This document shows, piece after piece, positions 10,429 to 20,392 of a DNA stretch of 64,000 nt. The notes beneath the pieces were generated by a model, which did not search any database, had not been told where the DNA came from, and worked only from the letters and a program-made list of their open reading frames with translations. Where the stretch lies: the NCBI GenBank assembly GCA_947497065.1, contig CANMEQ010000001.1, positions 198,208-262,207 on the forward strand, in the 5' to 3' direction. Position 1 is the stretch's first letter, and each line of letters begins with the position of its first letter. A program made the position numbers and the translations under genes. The stretch is from an uncultured Rhodobacteraceae bacterium. GTDB taxonomy: Bacteria; Pseudomonadota; Alphaproteobacteria; Rhodobacterales; Rhodobacteraceae.

Positions 10429-11597
10429 GGCGGATCAGTGTTTTCGGAGCGACCGGATCTATCGGGCAGAACACCCTTGATCTGGTGCGCCGTGCGCCAC
10501 AGGACTATGATGTTGTCGCCCTGACGGGTGCGCAGAATATCGCGCAATTGGCCAGCGATGCCAAAGCGTTACGCGCCGAAGTTGCGGTCACCTCTGATGA
10601 GGCCCGATTGCCCGAGTTGCGCGATGCGTTGGCGGGGAGTGGCGTTGAAGCTGCAGCGGGTGATGCGGCATTGATCGAGGCTGCAGCGCGGCCTGCCGAT
10701 TGGGTGATGTCAGCGATTGTCGGGGCTGCGGGTTTGGCGCCTGGACTTGAGGCTATCAAACATGGGACGACCTTGGCGTTGGCCAACAAGGAGTCGTTGG
10801 TGACGGCCGGGCCCTTGTTGATGGCACAAGCCGCGCAGCATGGGTGCACGATTTTACCCGTCGACAGCGAGCATTCCGCGGTTTTTCAGGCGCTTATTGG
10901 CGAGGACATGGCCGCGGTCGAGCGGATTATCATCACGGCCAGCGGCGGTGCGTTTCGCGACCACCCGATTGAAGATTTGGCCAATGTCAGCGTCGCGCAA
11001 GCGTCTTGCCATCCCAATTGGGATATGGGGCAGCGGATCACGATTGATTCTGCATCGATGTTTAACAAGGCGATGGAGCTGATTGAAACCAAAGAGTTTT
11101 TTGGTGTGTCGCCGTCCCAGATTGAAACGATTGTTCATCCCGAAAGCATGATCCACGCCTTGGTCGGGTTTAACGACGGTGCCTTGATGGCGCATGTGGG
11201 GCCACCGGATATGCGGCATGCGATCGGGTTTGCGCTGCACTGGCCGGATCGCACCCATTTGCCGGTGGAGCGGTTGGATCTGGCAAAGATCGGTCAATTC
11301 AACTTTCGCGCGCCTGAGGCGGATCGGTATCCGGCGTTGGCCATTGCCGCGCGTGTGATGGAAGAGGGCGGGCTGACCGGTGCGGTGTTCAATGCCGCAA
11401 AAGAGCAGGCATTGGATGAATTCATCGCAGGTCGCTGCCGCTTTACAGATATGGCACAGGCGGTAGATCGCGTGGTTGACGCTATGTTATCGCGCGAAGG
11501 GCTGCAAAATGCCACGATTACATTAGATAGCGTCGGGCAGGCGGACGCCATGGCGCGTGCGTTGACCGTTGAACATATCGCAAAGACAAAGGGCTAA
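10425..11597 (+). CDS. dxr: 1-deoxy-D-xylulose-5-phosphate reductoisomerase
   Basis: GATGSIG, LALANKESLV, PVDSEH, HPNWDMGQRITIDSASMFNKAMELIE. Confidence 0.97.
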   Translation: MRRISVFGATGSIGQNTLDLVRRAPQDYDVVALTGAQNIAQLASDAKALRAEVAVTSDEARLPELRDALAGSGVEAAAGDAALIEAAARPADWVMSAIVGAAGLAPGLEAIKHGTTLALANKESLVTAGPLLMAQAAQHGCTILPVDSEHSAVFQALIGEDMAAVERIIITASGGAFRDHPIEDLANVSVAQASCHPNWDMGQRITIDSASMFNKAMELIETKEFFGVSPSQIETIVHPESMIHALVGFNDGALMAHVGPPDMRHAIGFALHWPDRTHLPVERLDLAKIGQFNFRAPEADRYPALAIAARVMEEGGLTGAVFNAAKEQALDEFIAGRCRFTDMAQAVDRVVDAMLSREGLQNATITLDSVGQADAMARALTVEHIAKTKG

Positions 11598-11600
11598 ACC

Positions 11601-12941
11601 TTGGATTTTCTCACGAACCTGATCCCTGCATTTGGGAATATTGGCTTTACGCTGGTGGCTTTTGTGGTCGCATTGTCGGTGATTGTCGCGATCCATGAAT
11701 ATGGCCACTACATTGTGGGGCGCTGGTCGGGGATCCATGCGGATGTGTTTTCCATTGGGTTCGGTAAGGTTCTGTTCAGTCGCACAGACAAACATGGCAC
11801 GGTCTGGCAGATCGCCGCGCTACCGTTTGGTGGATATGTTAAGTTCAAAGGCGACAGCAACGCGTCTTCGATGCCCGTGACCAACGGCGAAGAAGACATA
11901 GCGGCGCGCGACACGATGTTGGGGGCTCCGCTTTGGGCGCGGTCGGCCACTGTGGCGGCAGGCCCGATCTTTAATTTCATTTTGTCGGCGATTGTGTTCG
12001 CAGGGGTTTTGCTGTTCCAAGGGCAACCGGTGACGCCGCTGACAGTTTCCGAGATTTCCTCGTTTCCGCCCGAAATCACCCAAGACTTGCAGGCGGGCGA
12101 CCGTGTTTTGGCGGTTGAAGGAACGGTGATCAATTATCCGGATGGCTTTTCGGCGGCCGTGTCTGGGCTGCCGTCCCAACCCTCGGTTTCATATGATATT
12201 GAGCGTGACGGCGTACGGATGACGGTTTTGGGCCCACAGCCACAGCCTGCGATGGTTCAGTCTCTGACGCCGCGCTCGGCGGCGGATGATGCTGGGTTGA
12301 AGATTGGTGATGTAGTCGTTCGTATGGACGAGACGCCGATTTATCAGTTCGGGGATATGGTTGATTTTGTTGACACCGCTGGTGCCACGCCCATTGAGAT
12401 CGAGATTTGGCGCGATGGGGAAACGATTGTTGATACTTTGACCCCGCGTTTGGTGGCGATCCCACAGCCGGACGGGAATATGCTGGACGAACCTAAATTG
12501 GGGATTGGTAACGGCGGGCTGTTTTTTGAACCGGCCACGACCCATGTTGGATTTGGCGAAGCGGTGAGCCTTGCAGTGCAGCAGGTGTGGTTCATCATTA
12601 AGCAATCGCTCAATGGCATGAAGCAAATGATTATCGGCAATATCAACACCTGTAACCTGAGCGGTCCGGTGGGGATTGCCGAAACTTCCGGGTCGATGGC
12701 GAGTCAAGGCACATTGAGTTTCATCAGTTTCATCGCGGTGTTGTCGACAGCGGTTGGGCTGTTGAACCTGTTCCCAATCCCTGTGTTGGACGGCGGACAT
12801 CTGATGTTCCACGCCTATGAAGCGGTGACCGGTAAGATGCCAAGTGATGGTGCGTTGCGAATTTTCATGGCCATTGGTTTGGCGCTGATTGGCACGATGA
12901 TGTTGTTTGCGATTGGCAACGATCTGCTGTTCTGTCCGTAA
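11601..12941 (+). CDS. rseP: RIP metalloprotease RseP (TTG start)
   Basis: HEYGH zinc motif, two PDZ-like regions, NLFPIPVLDGGH. Confidence 0.95.
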   Translation: MDFLTNLIPAFGNIGFTLVAFVVALSVIVAIHEYGHYIVGRWSGIHADVFSIGFGKVLFSRTDKHGTVWQIAALPFGGYVKFKGDSNASSMPVTNGEEDIAARDTMLGAPLWARSATVAAGPIFNFILSAIVFAGVLLFQGQPVTPLTVSEISSFPPEITQDLQAGDRVLAVEGTVINYPDGFSAAVSGLPSQPSVSYDIERDGVRMTVLGPQPQPAMVQSLTPRSAADDAGLKIGDVVVRMDETPIYQFGDMVDFVDTAGATPIEIEIWRDGETIVDTLTPRLVAIPQPDGNMLDEPKLGIGNGGLFFEPATTHVGFGEAVSLAVQQVWFIIKQSLNGMKQMIIGNINTCNLSGPVGIAETSGSMASQGTLSFISFIAVLSTAVGLLNLFPIPVLDGGHLMFHAYEAVTGKMPSDGALRIFMAIGLALIGTMMLFAIGNDLLFCP

Positions 12942-13015
12942 GACGCCAAAGAGCTGCCCAGAAGTTGCCACAATTCATCGGTAGCTAAGCCGCAACGAAT
13001 TTTAGTGGGTGACGT

Positions 13016-13141
13016 ATGCAAACTCTGACAGCTGGATATAATGGCATTAGCCTTTTGGTGAACCTGAACTGGGACCGCCTGTTGTACCTTGCAACAATCG
13101 CATTTGCTTTGGGGTTTGGCGGTTGGGTCGGGTCGCTTTGA
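13016..13141 (+). CDS. Putative 41-aa single-pass membrane protein (below the ORF-track cutoff)
   Basis: Manual translation: MQTLTAGYNGISLLVNLNWDRLLYLATIAFALGFGGWVGSL*. C-terminal hydrophobic helix; fills the rseP-bamA gap and is followed by a GC-rich hairpin near 13180-13200. Confidence 0.6.
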   Translation: MQTLTAGYNGISLLVNLNWDRLLYLATIAFALGFGGWVGSL

Positions 13142-13271
13142 CACTGCGATAGACCTTCATGAAATCACGGCAATTTTCAGCGCGTCCCTAGGGGCGCGTT
13201 TGTTGCTTTTGACATCGCTGTTTTGCCCCGTTAGACGGGTAACACTTGGGATGTCGAAACGAGCATAAAAC

Positions 13272-15578
13272 ATGAATATTTTCGCGCGGTCTTTGAACAA
13301 CAAAACGATCCATTTGAAGGCAGGCGCATTCGCTACCTTGATGGCGGCGACCAGCGTAATTGCCTTGGCCACGCCCGTTGCAGCACAGAACTTCAGCTTT
13401 TCGAACGTTTCCGTGCAAGGGAACCAGCGGATCGAGACGGCGACAATCCTGACCTATCTTGATTTCGCGCAGGGCGAGACCGTCTCTGCGGGGCAGTTGA
13501 ATGATGCGGCCCAGCGAATCCGCGCGACTGGGTTGTTCCAAGAGGTCAACGTTGTGCCGCAAGGCGGGACCTTGGTGATTGAGGTTGTCGAATTCCCGAC
13601 CATCAACACAATTTCTTTCGAAGGAAATGCCCGTGTTCGCGATGCCGAGCTTGCGGCCGTTGTCTCCAGCCAAACGCGCCGCGTTTACAGCCCTGCGCAG
13701 GCAGAAGCAGATACAGCCGCTATCACGCAAGTTTATGCCGATCAAGGCCGCGTCAATGCCACGGTCGCACCGCGGATCATTCAGCGGTCTGACAACCGCG
13801 TAGATTTGATTTTTGAAGTGTTCGAAGGCGGTCTGACCGAAGTCGAGCGGATCAGCTTTGTAGGCAACCGTGCCTTTGGCGAAAACCGGTTGCGCCGTGT
13901 TCTTGAGACAAAGCAGGCGGGTATTTTGCGGGCCATCGTGGGCCGCGATACATTTATCGCCGACCGCGTGGCGTTTGACCAACAGGTGCTGACCGATTTC
14001 TACCAATCGCGCGGCTATGTGGATTTTCAAGTTCAGAACGTGGATGTATCGCTGACGCGTGAGCGCGATGCCCACCTGATCACCTTCAATGTCCAAGAGG
14101 GGCAGCAGTTCTCATTCGGGAACGTGTCTGTCTCATCGGAAGTGACCGACGCGGATCCGTTGGATTTTGAAGACGCGTTGAAATTGCGCTCTGGTGTGAC
14201 CTATTCACCGGCGCTGATCGAACAAGACATCGCGCGATTGGAACGTTTGGCCATTCGCAAAGGCCTTAACTTTGTGCGTGTTGATCCGCGGATCACGCGC
14301 AATGATCGTGATTTGACGTTGGATGTTGAATTTGTGCTGGTGAATGGGCCGCGCATTTTTGTCGAACGTATCGATATTGAAGGTAACAACACAACTTTGG
14401 ACCGCGTGATCCGGTCCCGTTTTGATGTGGTTGAGGGCGATCCGTTCAACCCGCGTCAGATCCGCGAAAGCGCAGAACGCATTCGCGCGTTGGGCTACTT
14501 TAGCAATGCCGATGTTGACGCCCGTGAAGGGTCGAGCCCCGATCAGGTTGTGATTGACGTTGACGTTGCAGAGGCGCCGACCGGGTCTTTGTCGTTTGGT
14601 GGTAACTTCTCCTCCGACAATGGGTTTAGCCTGTTGGCCAACTTCAGCCAGCGCAACTTCCTTGGGCGCGGGCAATCGCTGAGCTTTGGGATTGTGGCTG
14701 GTGCGGATGACCAAGATATTTCGTTCAGCTTCACAGAACCCCGCGTGTTGGGGCGCGATCTGAGCTTTGGCATCGATCTGTCTTACGGCACGTCCGACAG
14801 TGATGACACGACGTTTGATACGACGACGGCGCAGTTCCGCCCGCGGATTGGGTTCCCGGTGTCTGAGAACGGACGCGTCACGTTGTTCTATTCTTATGAC
14901 TACACAGACATTTTCGACATCGATACCGATGCGTCTCAGTTCATTGAAGACGATGAAGGTTCGGTGGGCACCCATGCGTTGGGCTATTCATATAGTTACG
15001 ATACCCGTCGCACCGGCCTGAACCCGAACGCCGGTGTGTTGTTCCGCTTCGGCCAAGAATTTGGTGTGGGCGATGCGACTTACGTAGAAACTACGGCTGA
15101 GCTGACAGGCCAGACCTTGGTGTTGAACGAGGAAGTGACCCTGCGGGCCACGCTTGAAGGGGGCTTGCTGACCTATTCCGATGGGAACAGCCGGATCACC
15201 GATCGCTATTTCTTGGGCAGCAGCATTATGCGCGGGTTTGAGCCAGGCGGCATTGGCCCACGTGATACGGCCACGGATGATGCGCTTGGCGGGAATGCCT
15301 TTGCGGTTGCCCGTTTGGAAGCTGAATTCCCGCTCGGTCTGCCTGAAGAATACGGTATCACCGGTGGTGTGTTCTTGGATTACGGTTCTGTTTGGGACAC
15401 CGGGATCAATGATGCCTCCATCGAGTACGATGACTTTACACCGCGGACCATTGCGGGGGTTTCCATCTTTTGGGACACGCCGATCGGCCCATTGCGGTTC
15501 AACTTTACCGAACCGTTGGATGTGCAGCCAAACGATGAAACCAAACAGTTTGATGTGACGATTTCCACGTCGTTCTAA
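13272..15578 (+). CDS. bamA: Outer-membrane protein assembly factor BamA
   Basis: Signal peptide, POTRA repeats (VQGNQRIE, FEGNARV, FVGNRAF, IEGNNTT), MRGFEPGGIGP loop, C-terminal F. Confidence 0.96.
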   Translation: MNIFARSLNNKTIHLKAGAFATLMAATSVIALATPVAAQNFSFSNVSVQGNQRIETATILTYLDFAQGETVSAGQLNDAAQRIRATGLFQEVNVVPQGGTLVIEVVEFPTINTISFEGNARVRDAELAAVVSSQTRRVYSPAQAEADTAAITQVYADQGRVNATVAPRIIQRSDNRVDLIFEVFEGGLTEVERISFVGNRAFGENRLRRVLETKQAGILRAIVGRDTFIADRVAFDQQVLTDFYQSRGYVDFQVQNVDVSLTRERDAHLITFNVQEGQQFSFGNVSVSSEVTDADPLDFEDALKLRSGVTYSPALIEQDIARLERLAIRKGLNFVRVDPRITRNDRDLTLDVEFVLVNGPRIFVERIDIEGNNTTLDRVIRSRFDVVEGDPFNPRQIRESAERIRALGYFSNADVDAREGSSPDQVVIDVDVAEAPTGSLSFGGNFSSDNGFSLLANFSQRNFLGRGQSLSFGIVAGADDQDISFSFTEPRVLGRDLSFGIDLSYGTSDSDDTTFDTTTAQFRPRIGFPVSENGRVTLFYSYDYTDIFDIDTDASQFIEDDEGSVGTHALGYSYSYDTRRTGLNPNAGVLFRFGQEFGVGDATYVETTAELTGQTLVLNEEVTLRATLEGGLLTYSDGNSRITDRYFLGSSIMRGFEPGGIGPRDTATDDALGGNAFAVARLEAEFPLGLPEEYGITGGVFLDYGSVWDTGINDASIEYDDFTPRTIAGVSIFWDTPIGPLRFNFTEPLDVQPNDETKQFDVTISTSF

Positions 15579-16174
15579 TGAAGGGGTTTTGGCTCAGCAT
15601 TGTGTTTGCAGGTTGGGCTGGGCTGACCTGCGCGCAACAGGCCGAGACGGGCGCGCAGGCGCAGTCAGGCCCGCTTCGAAATGCGACCAGCGTGTTGACG
15701 GTGGATGTAGACCGGTTGTTCAGTCAGTCCGACTTCGGCTTAAGAGTGATTGAGGATTATACCTCACAGGGAGAAGCTTTGGCCGCTGAAAACCGCCGCA
15801 TTGCAGATGCGTTGCGTGTGGAGGAGTTGGCCCTTGCAGAGCAGCGCCCAGACATGGCGATCGAGGTTTTTTTATCCGAGGCTGAAGCGTTTGATGAAAA
15901 GGCCCAGGCCATTCGGCGCGCGCAAGATGCTAAAGAACGTGAACTTGAAACGCTTTTGTCTGAAGGGCGGGATCGGTTTTTGGAGGTCACGCGGCCTATT
16001 CTTGGGGAGTTGATGGTGGAACGCGGGGCCTTTACAATTTTGGACCGGCGGTCGGTTTTGCTGTCGCTGGGCAGTATTGATGTGACGGACGCGGCGATTG
16101 AGCGGATCAATCTTGCGCTTGGCGACGGGAGTGCCACGTTGAGCGAAACAGACGACGCCGAGGACGCGGAATAG
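15578..16174 (+). CDS. OmpH/Skp-family periplasmic chaperone
   Basis: Signal peptide, VDVDRLFSQS, coiled-coil core, IDVTDAAIERIN; located right after bamA. Confidence 0.85.
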   Translation: MKGFWLSIVFAGWAGLTCAQQAETGAQAQSGPLRNATSVLTVDVDRLFSQSDFGLRVIEDYTSQGEALAAENRRIADALRVEELALAEQRPDMAIEVFLSEAEAFDEKAQAIRRAQDAKERELETLLSEGRDRFLEVTRPILGELMVERGAFTILDRRSVLLSLGSIDVTDAAIERINLALGDGSATLSETDDAEDAE

Positions 16175-16270
16175 GCGAAATCGCCACAGGACGCTTGCCG
16201 CGCTTCACTTCGCTTGCTAGGCCAGTGCTACACTTTTCGAAGGCTGCGGCTTTCATCGACGGAGGACAGT

Positions 16271-16732
16271 ATGTCAGACCCTATCACCACTGCAGATATT
16301 CAGTTGATCCAACGGATTATCCCACACCGCTATCCGTTTTTGTTGATCGACAAAGTGGTTGATATCAATGGCACAACCTCTGCGACGGGCATCAAAAATG
16401 TCACGATGAACGAACCGCATTTTCAGGGGCATTTCCCTGGCACGCCAATTATGCCGGGTGTGACCATCATCGAAGCCATGGCGCAGACATCTGCGGTTAT
16501 GGTGGGGGCCACGATGGGCCTGATGGACAAAAACATGTTGATCTATTTCATGGGGATCGACGGTTGCAAGTTCCGCCGCAAAGTTGTTCCCGGTGATGTT
16601 TTGGAAATGAAGGTTGAAACCACGCGCGGAAAGCCCGGTGGCAAGGTTTGGAAATTCAAAGGCGTCGCGACAGTGGACGGTGAAATGGCGGCTGAAGGCG
16701 AATTCACGGCCATGATGGATTTGTCGAGCTAA
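16271..16732 (+). CDS. fabZ: 3-hydroxyacyl-ACP dehydratase
   Basis: [40 protein letters not shown]; GGAGG SD upstream of 16271. Confidence 0.97.
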   Translation: MSDPITTADIQLIQRIIPHRYPFLLIDKVVDINGTTSATGIKNVTMNEPHFQGHFPGTPIMPGVTIIEAMAQTSAVMVGATMGLMDKNMLIYFMGIDGCKFRRKVVPGDVLEMKVETTRGKPGGKVWKFKGVATVDGEMAAEGEFTAMMDLSS

Positions 16733-16735
16733 TCG

Positions 16736-17515
16736 ATGGCTATTCACCCTTCCGCCATTATTGAAGACGGCGCGCAGATTGGTGCGGATGTAACGATTGG
16801 TCCGTTTTGCGTTGTCGGCCCGAAAGTTGTGCTTGGTGACCGTGTCGAGCTGAAATCGCACGTCGTTGTGTCTGGGGACACGCAAGTTGGGGCCGATACG
16901 GTTATTTTTCCGTTCTGCTGCATTGGCGAGATTCCGCAGGATGTGAAATTTAAGGGCGAGGCGGCCAAGCTCGTGATCGGCGAACGCAACCGCATTCGCG
17001 AGCACGTGACCATGAACCCCGGCACCGAGGGTGGCGGCGGCATCACCAAGATTGGCGACGACGGGTTCTTTTTGGCGGGCAGCCATGTCGCTCATGATGC
17101 CACAGTGGGTGATCGTGTGATCATTGTGAACCAATCCGCTGTGGCCGGGCATTGCGTGATCGAAGACGACGTGATCATCGGCGGTTTGTGCGGCATTCAC
17201 CAATTTGTTCGCATTGGCCAAGGCGCAATTATCGGCGCGCTGACGATGGTGACAAATGATGTGATCCCACATGGTTTGGTTCAAGGTCCACGCGGTGAAT
17301 TGGATGGTCTCAATCTTGTGGGGCTAAAACGGCGCGGGGTGTCGCGTGCTGATATTTCGGGCCTGCGGGTCGCGTTTCAAACCCTGAAAGACGGGGAGGG
17401 ATCGTTTTTGGAACGGGCCCGCCGTTTGGGTGAGGAAACCGAAAGTGATTATGTGGCGCAAATGGTCGAGTTTATTTTGGCCGATACAGATCGCCACTTC
17501 CTGACGCCCAGATGA
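16736..17515 (+). CDS. lpxA: UDP-N-acetylglucosamine acyltransferase
   Basis: IHPSAII, hexapeptide repeats, PQD, IREHVT, HVAHD, IHQFVRIG. Confidence 0.96.
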   Translation: MAIHPSAIIEDGAQIGADVTIGPFCVVGPKVVLGDRVELKSHVVVSGDTQVGADTVIFPFCCIGEIPQDVKFKGEAAKLVIGERNRIREHVTMNPGTEGGGGITKIGDDGFFLAGSHVAHDATVGDRVIIVNQSAVAGHCVIEDDVIIGGLCGIHQFVRIGQGAIIGALTMVTNDVIPHGLVQGPRGELDGLNLVGLKRRGVSRADISGLRVAFQTLKDGEGSFLERARRLGEETESDYVAQMVEFILADTDRHFLTPR

Positions 17516-18417
17516 AAGTCGCGTTGATTGCCGGTACAGGAGGGCTGCCCCCTGTCGTAGCGCAGGCTGCCCGACAGGATGGGTGGGATTTGGTTCTGTG
17601 TGAGATGCTGGGTTTTCCATCGGATGTGGATGACGCGCTGCCCCGCTTACAGTTTCGGATTGAGACGTTGGGCACGTTTTTGGCCACACTTGTAGAGGAT
17701 GGCGTGACGCATGTGTGCATGGCTGGTGCCGTGCAGCGCCCTGCCGTAGATCCGGGAATGATTGACGAAGCGACGGTGCCGATCGTGCCGCGTCTGATGG
17801 CGGCGATGGCCAAGGGTGACGACGGCACCTTGCGCGAGATCGTTAAGGTTTTTGAAGAAGCGGGTTTGACCGTGATGGGCGCGCATGAATTGGCGCCCGG
17901 TCTCTTGCCGCCTGCAGGGGGGATGACCCAAACCCCAATTCCCGACATCGAGTTAGATGTGAAAGCGGCTGAGGCGGCACTGGCTGACATGGGCCGCGCC
18001 GATATGGGGCAGGCTGTTTTGGTGCGCGCAGGGCAGGTGATTGCCCGTGAAGACGCCCGCGGCACGGCAGCATTGCTGGCGGATCATTCGTCTGAATTGG
18101 TGGAAAGCCCGACGCATGCGTCTGGTGTCTTGGCGCAATTGATGGATGCCATCAGGCATACGCTGGCATGGATCTCCAGCACGCTGAACCCGTTGGACCC
18201 GCTGCCCGGTGCCGGGGCCTTTTTGTACAAAGCGCCGAAACCAAATCAAATTTTGCAGGCTGATATGCCGGTAATTGGGCCCGATACGGCGATGCAGGCG
18301 GCTGAGGCTGGGCTGGATGGGATCGTGATTGCCCACGGCGGGGTGATGGTTCTGGATCTGGATCAGGTTGTGAACATCCTTGATGGTCAGGGCATGTTTT
18401 TATGGGTGCAGCCATGA
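17512..18417 (+). CDS. lpxI: UDP-2,3-diacylglucosamine diphosphatase LpxI
   Basis: ALIAGTGGLP, MAGAVQRP, GDDGTLR, DMGQAVLV, KAPKP..ADMPVIGP; lies between lpxA and lpxB. Confidence 0.88.
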   Translation: MKVALIAGTGGLPPVVAQAARQDGWDLVLCEMLGFPSDVDDALPRLQFRIETLGTFLATLVEDGVTHVCMAGAVQRPAVDPGMIDEATVPIVPRLMAAMAKGDDGTLREIVKVFEEAGLTVMGAHELAPGLLPPAGGMTQTPIPDIELDVKAAEAALADMGRADMGQAVLVRAGQVIAREDARGTAALLADHSSELVESPTHASGVLAQLMDAIRHTLAWISSTLNPLDPLPGAGAFLYKAPKPNQILQADMPVIGPDTAMQAAEAGLDGIVIAHGGVMVLDLDQVVNILDGQGMFLWVQP

Positions 18418-19580
18418 AAGTGTTCGTGATCGCGGGCGAACCGTCTGGCGATAAACTGGGCGGCGCGTTGATGGCGGGTTTAACCCAACTGGTGCCGGAT
18501 GTTGCCTATCAGGGCATCGGTGGCCCGATGATGCAGGCCCAAGGTTTGGACAGCCAATTTCCGATGGAAGAGCTGTCCCTGATGGGTATTGCGGAAATTT
18601 TGCCGAAGTACCGCCACCTGAAACGGCGTATCCGCGAGACCGCTGAGGCTGTGATCGCAGCGCAGCCGGATGTGTTGATCACAATCGATTCACCTGATTT
18701 TTGCCTGCGGGTTGCGCGGTTGGTGAAGGCAGGGTCCAACGTTCGGACGGTGCATTACGTCGCGCCGACGGTCTGGGCGTGGCGGGCAGGGCGCGCGGCA
18801 AAGATGGCGCAGGTCATTGATCAGGTTTTGGCCCTGTTCCCGTTTGAACCGCCCTTCATGGAGGCCGAAGGCATGCGGTGCGATTTTGTGGGCCATCCGG
18901 TTGCCGCTGAACCGCCCATCACCCGCGATGAGCTGGACGCGTTTGTGAAACGCAACAAGATCGCAGCGGGTGCCGATACCTTGGTTATTTTGCCCGGTTC
19001 GCGCCGATCCGAGATTGAGCGGCTGGGGGAGATCTTCGTTCAGGCGATTGCGGACACGGATATCTCTGACAAACAGGTGCTGATCCCGACCTTGCCGCAT
19101 CTGCGGGCGTTGGTTGAAAAGACGTTCAGACCCACGATTATGGGGGCAAACGGTGTGATTGTGGATGGCGCGGGGCTGTCGGCGGAAGAGGCCGCGCGCG
19201 AGCGACTGGTTGCGATGCGATTTGCGGATGTTGCCTTGGCGGCCTCTGGCACGGTGTCATTGGAGCTGGCGGCAGCCCGCACACCAATGGTGATCGCCTA
19301 TGATATGAATTGGTTGAGCCGGCAAATCATCAGTCGGATGTTGTTGACGGATACGGTCACTTTGGTGAACTTAGTCAGCGAAACGCGTGTGGTGCCCGAA
19401 TTTGTCGGGCAGGCGTGCCAGCCAGCACCGATTGCGCGGGCCTTGTCGCAAACCTACCGCTCACCCGAAGATCAGTTGGCGGAGTTGGACGTTACGATGG
19501 ATCGGCTCGGGCGCGGAGGTGAGGCCCCGGGGTTGCGCGCGGCCCGCGCGGTTTTGTCCGGTCTTGAACAGAGAGAGTAA
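18414..19580 (+). CDS. lpxB: Lipid-A-disaccharide synthase
   Basis: IAGEPSGDKLG, IDSPDF, HYVAPTVWAWR, LPGSRRSE, ASGTVSLE. Confidence 0.96.
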   Translation: MKVFVIAGEPSGDKLGGALMAGLTQLVPDVAYQGIGGPMMQAQGLDSQFPMEELSLMGIAEILPKYRHLKRRIRETAEAVIAAQPDVLITIDSPDFCLRVARLVKAGSNVRTVHYVAPTVWAWRAGRAAKMAQVIDQVLALFPFEPPFMEAEGMRCDFVGHPVAAEPPITRDELDAFVKRNKIAAGADTLVILPGSRRSEIERLGEIFVQAIADTDISDKQVLIPTLPHLRALVEKTFRPTIMGANGVIVDGAGLSAEEAARERLVAMRFADVALAASGTVSLELAAARTPMVIAYDMNWLSRQIISRMLLTDTVTLVNLVSETRVVPEFVGQACQPAPIARALSQTYRSPEDQLAELDVTMDRLGRGGEAPGLRAARAVLSGLEQRE

Positions 19581-19584
19581 ACAG

Positions 19585-20358
19585 ATGCCCGCCCCTGAAA
19601 ACACTCTCAAAACAGCGTTGAAACGCGGCATGCCGCAGTTTGGGATCTGGTTGACCCTCGCCAATGCCACGGTGGCCGAGATTGCGGGCAAGTCCGGTTT
19701 TGACTGGTGTTTGATCGACGGTGAACACGGGCCGAACACCTTACAAACCATTGCGGCACAAGTGCAGGCCTTGGCGGGCACACCGGCGCAGGCCGTAGTG
19801 CGTGTGCCCGTGGGCGAGGATTGGGTGCTCAAACAAGTGCTTGACTTGGGGGTGCAAACGATTGTTGTGCCGATGGTGCACACGGCCGAGCAAGCCCAAC
19901 AGGTGGCCGCTGCCGTTCGGTATCCCGGACAAGGGGTACGCGGCATGGGGGCCGCGTTGGCGCGGGCGTCGGATTATGGGGATATCGTTGATTATGTGAG
20001 CAGCGCCAACGAGCAGATTTGTTTGTTTGTACAAATCGAAAGCGTTGAAGGCGTGAAAAACATCGATGCAATTGCCGCAACAGACGGTGTGGATGGTATT
20101 TTTGTCGGCCCCGCGGATCTGAGCGCGGATATGGGCTTCGTCGGGGATATGGGCGCGCCTGATGTTTTGGCGGCGATTGACCATGTGTATGCCCGCACCA
20201 AAGCGGCCGGAAAATGTGTTGGAACGGTCAGCTTTGATCCGTCGGACTATCAAACCCAGACCGATAAGGGTGTCACGTTTCTCGGTCTCGGGGGCGAGGC
20301 GATTGTGCTCTCACAGGGTTTGAAAGCCGTCGCACAGAAGGCCCCGCGCAAGCCTTGA
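19585..20358 (+). CDS. HpcH/HpaI-family class II aldolase
   Basis: GFDWCLIDGEHGP, VLDLGVQTIVVPMV, VRYPGQGVRG, QIESVEG, DGIFVGPADLSA. Confidence 0.92.
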   Translation: MPAPENTLKTALKRGMPQFGIWLTLANATVAEIAGKSGFDWCLIDGEHGPNTLQTIAAQVQALAGTPAQAVVRVPVGEDWVLKQVLDLGVQTIVVPMVHTAEQAQQVAAAVRYPGQGVRGMGAALARASDYGDIVDYVSSANEQICLFVQIESVEGVKNIDAIAATDGVDGIFVGPADLSADMGFVGDMGAPDVLAAIDHVYARTKAAGKCVGTVSFDPSDYQTQTDKGVTFLGLGGEAIVLSQGLKAVAQKAPRKP

Positions 20359-20392
20359 TGGTGCGGGCGCGACGCGGCCTAAGCGCTCGGGC

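Noticed and set aside
16174-16271. No lpxD between skp and fabZ
   Set aside because: The gap is under 100 bp with no remnant. lpxD is commonly located elsewhere in Rhodobacterales, so this is not evidence of loss.
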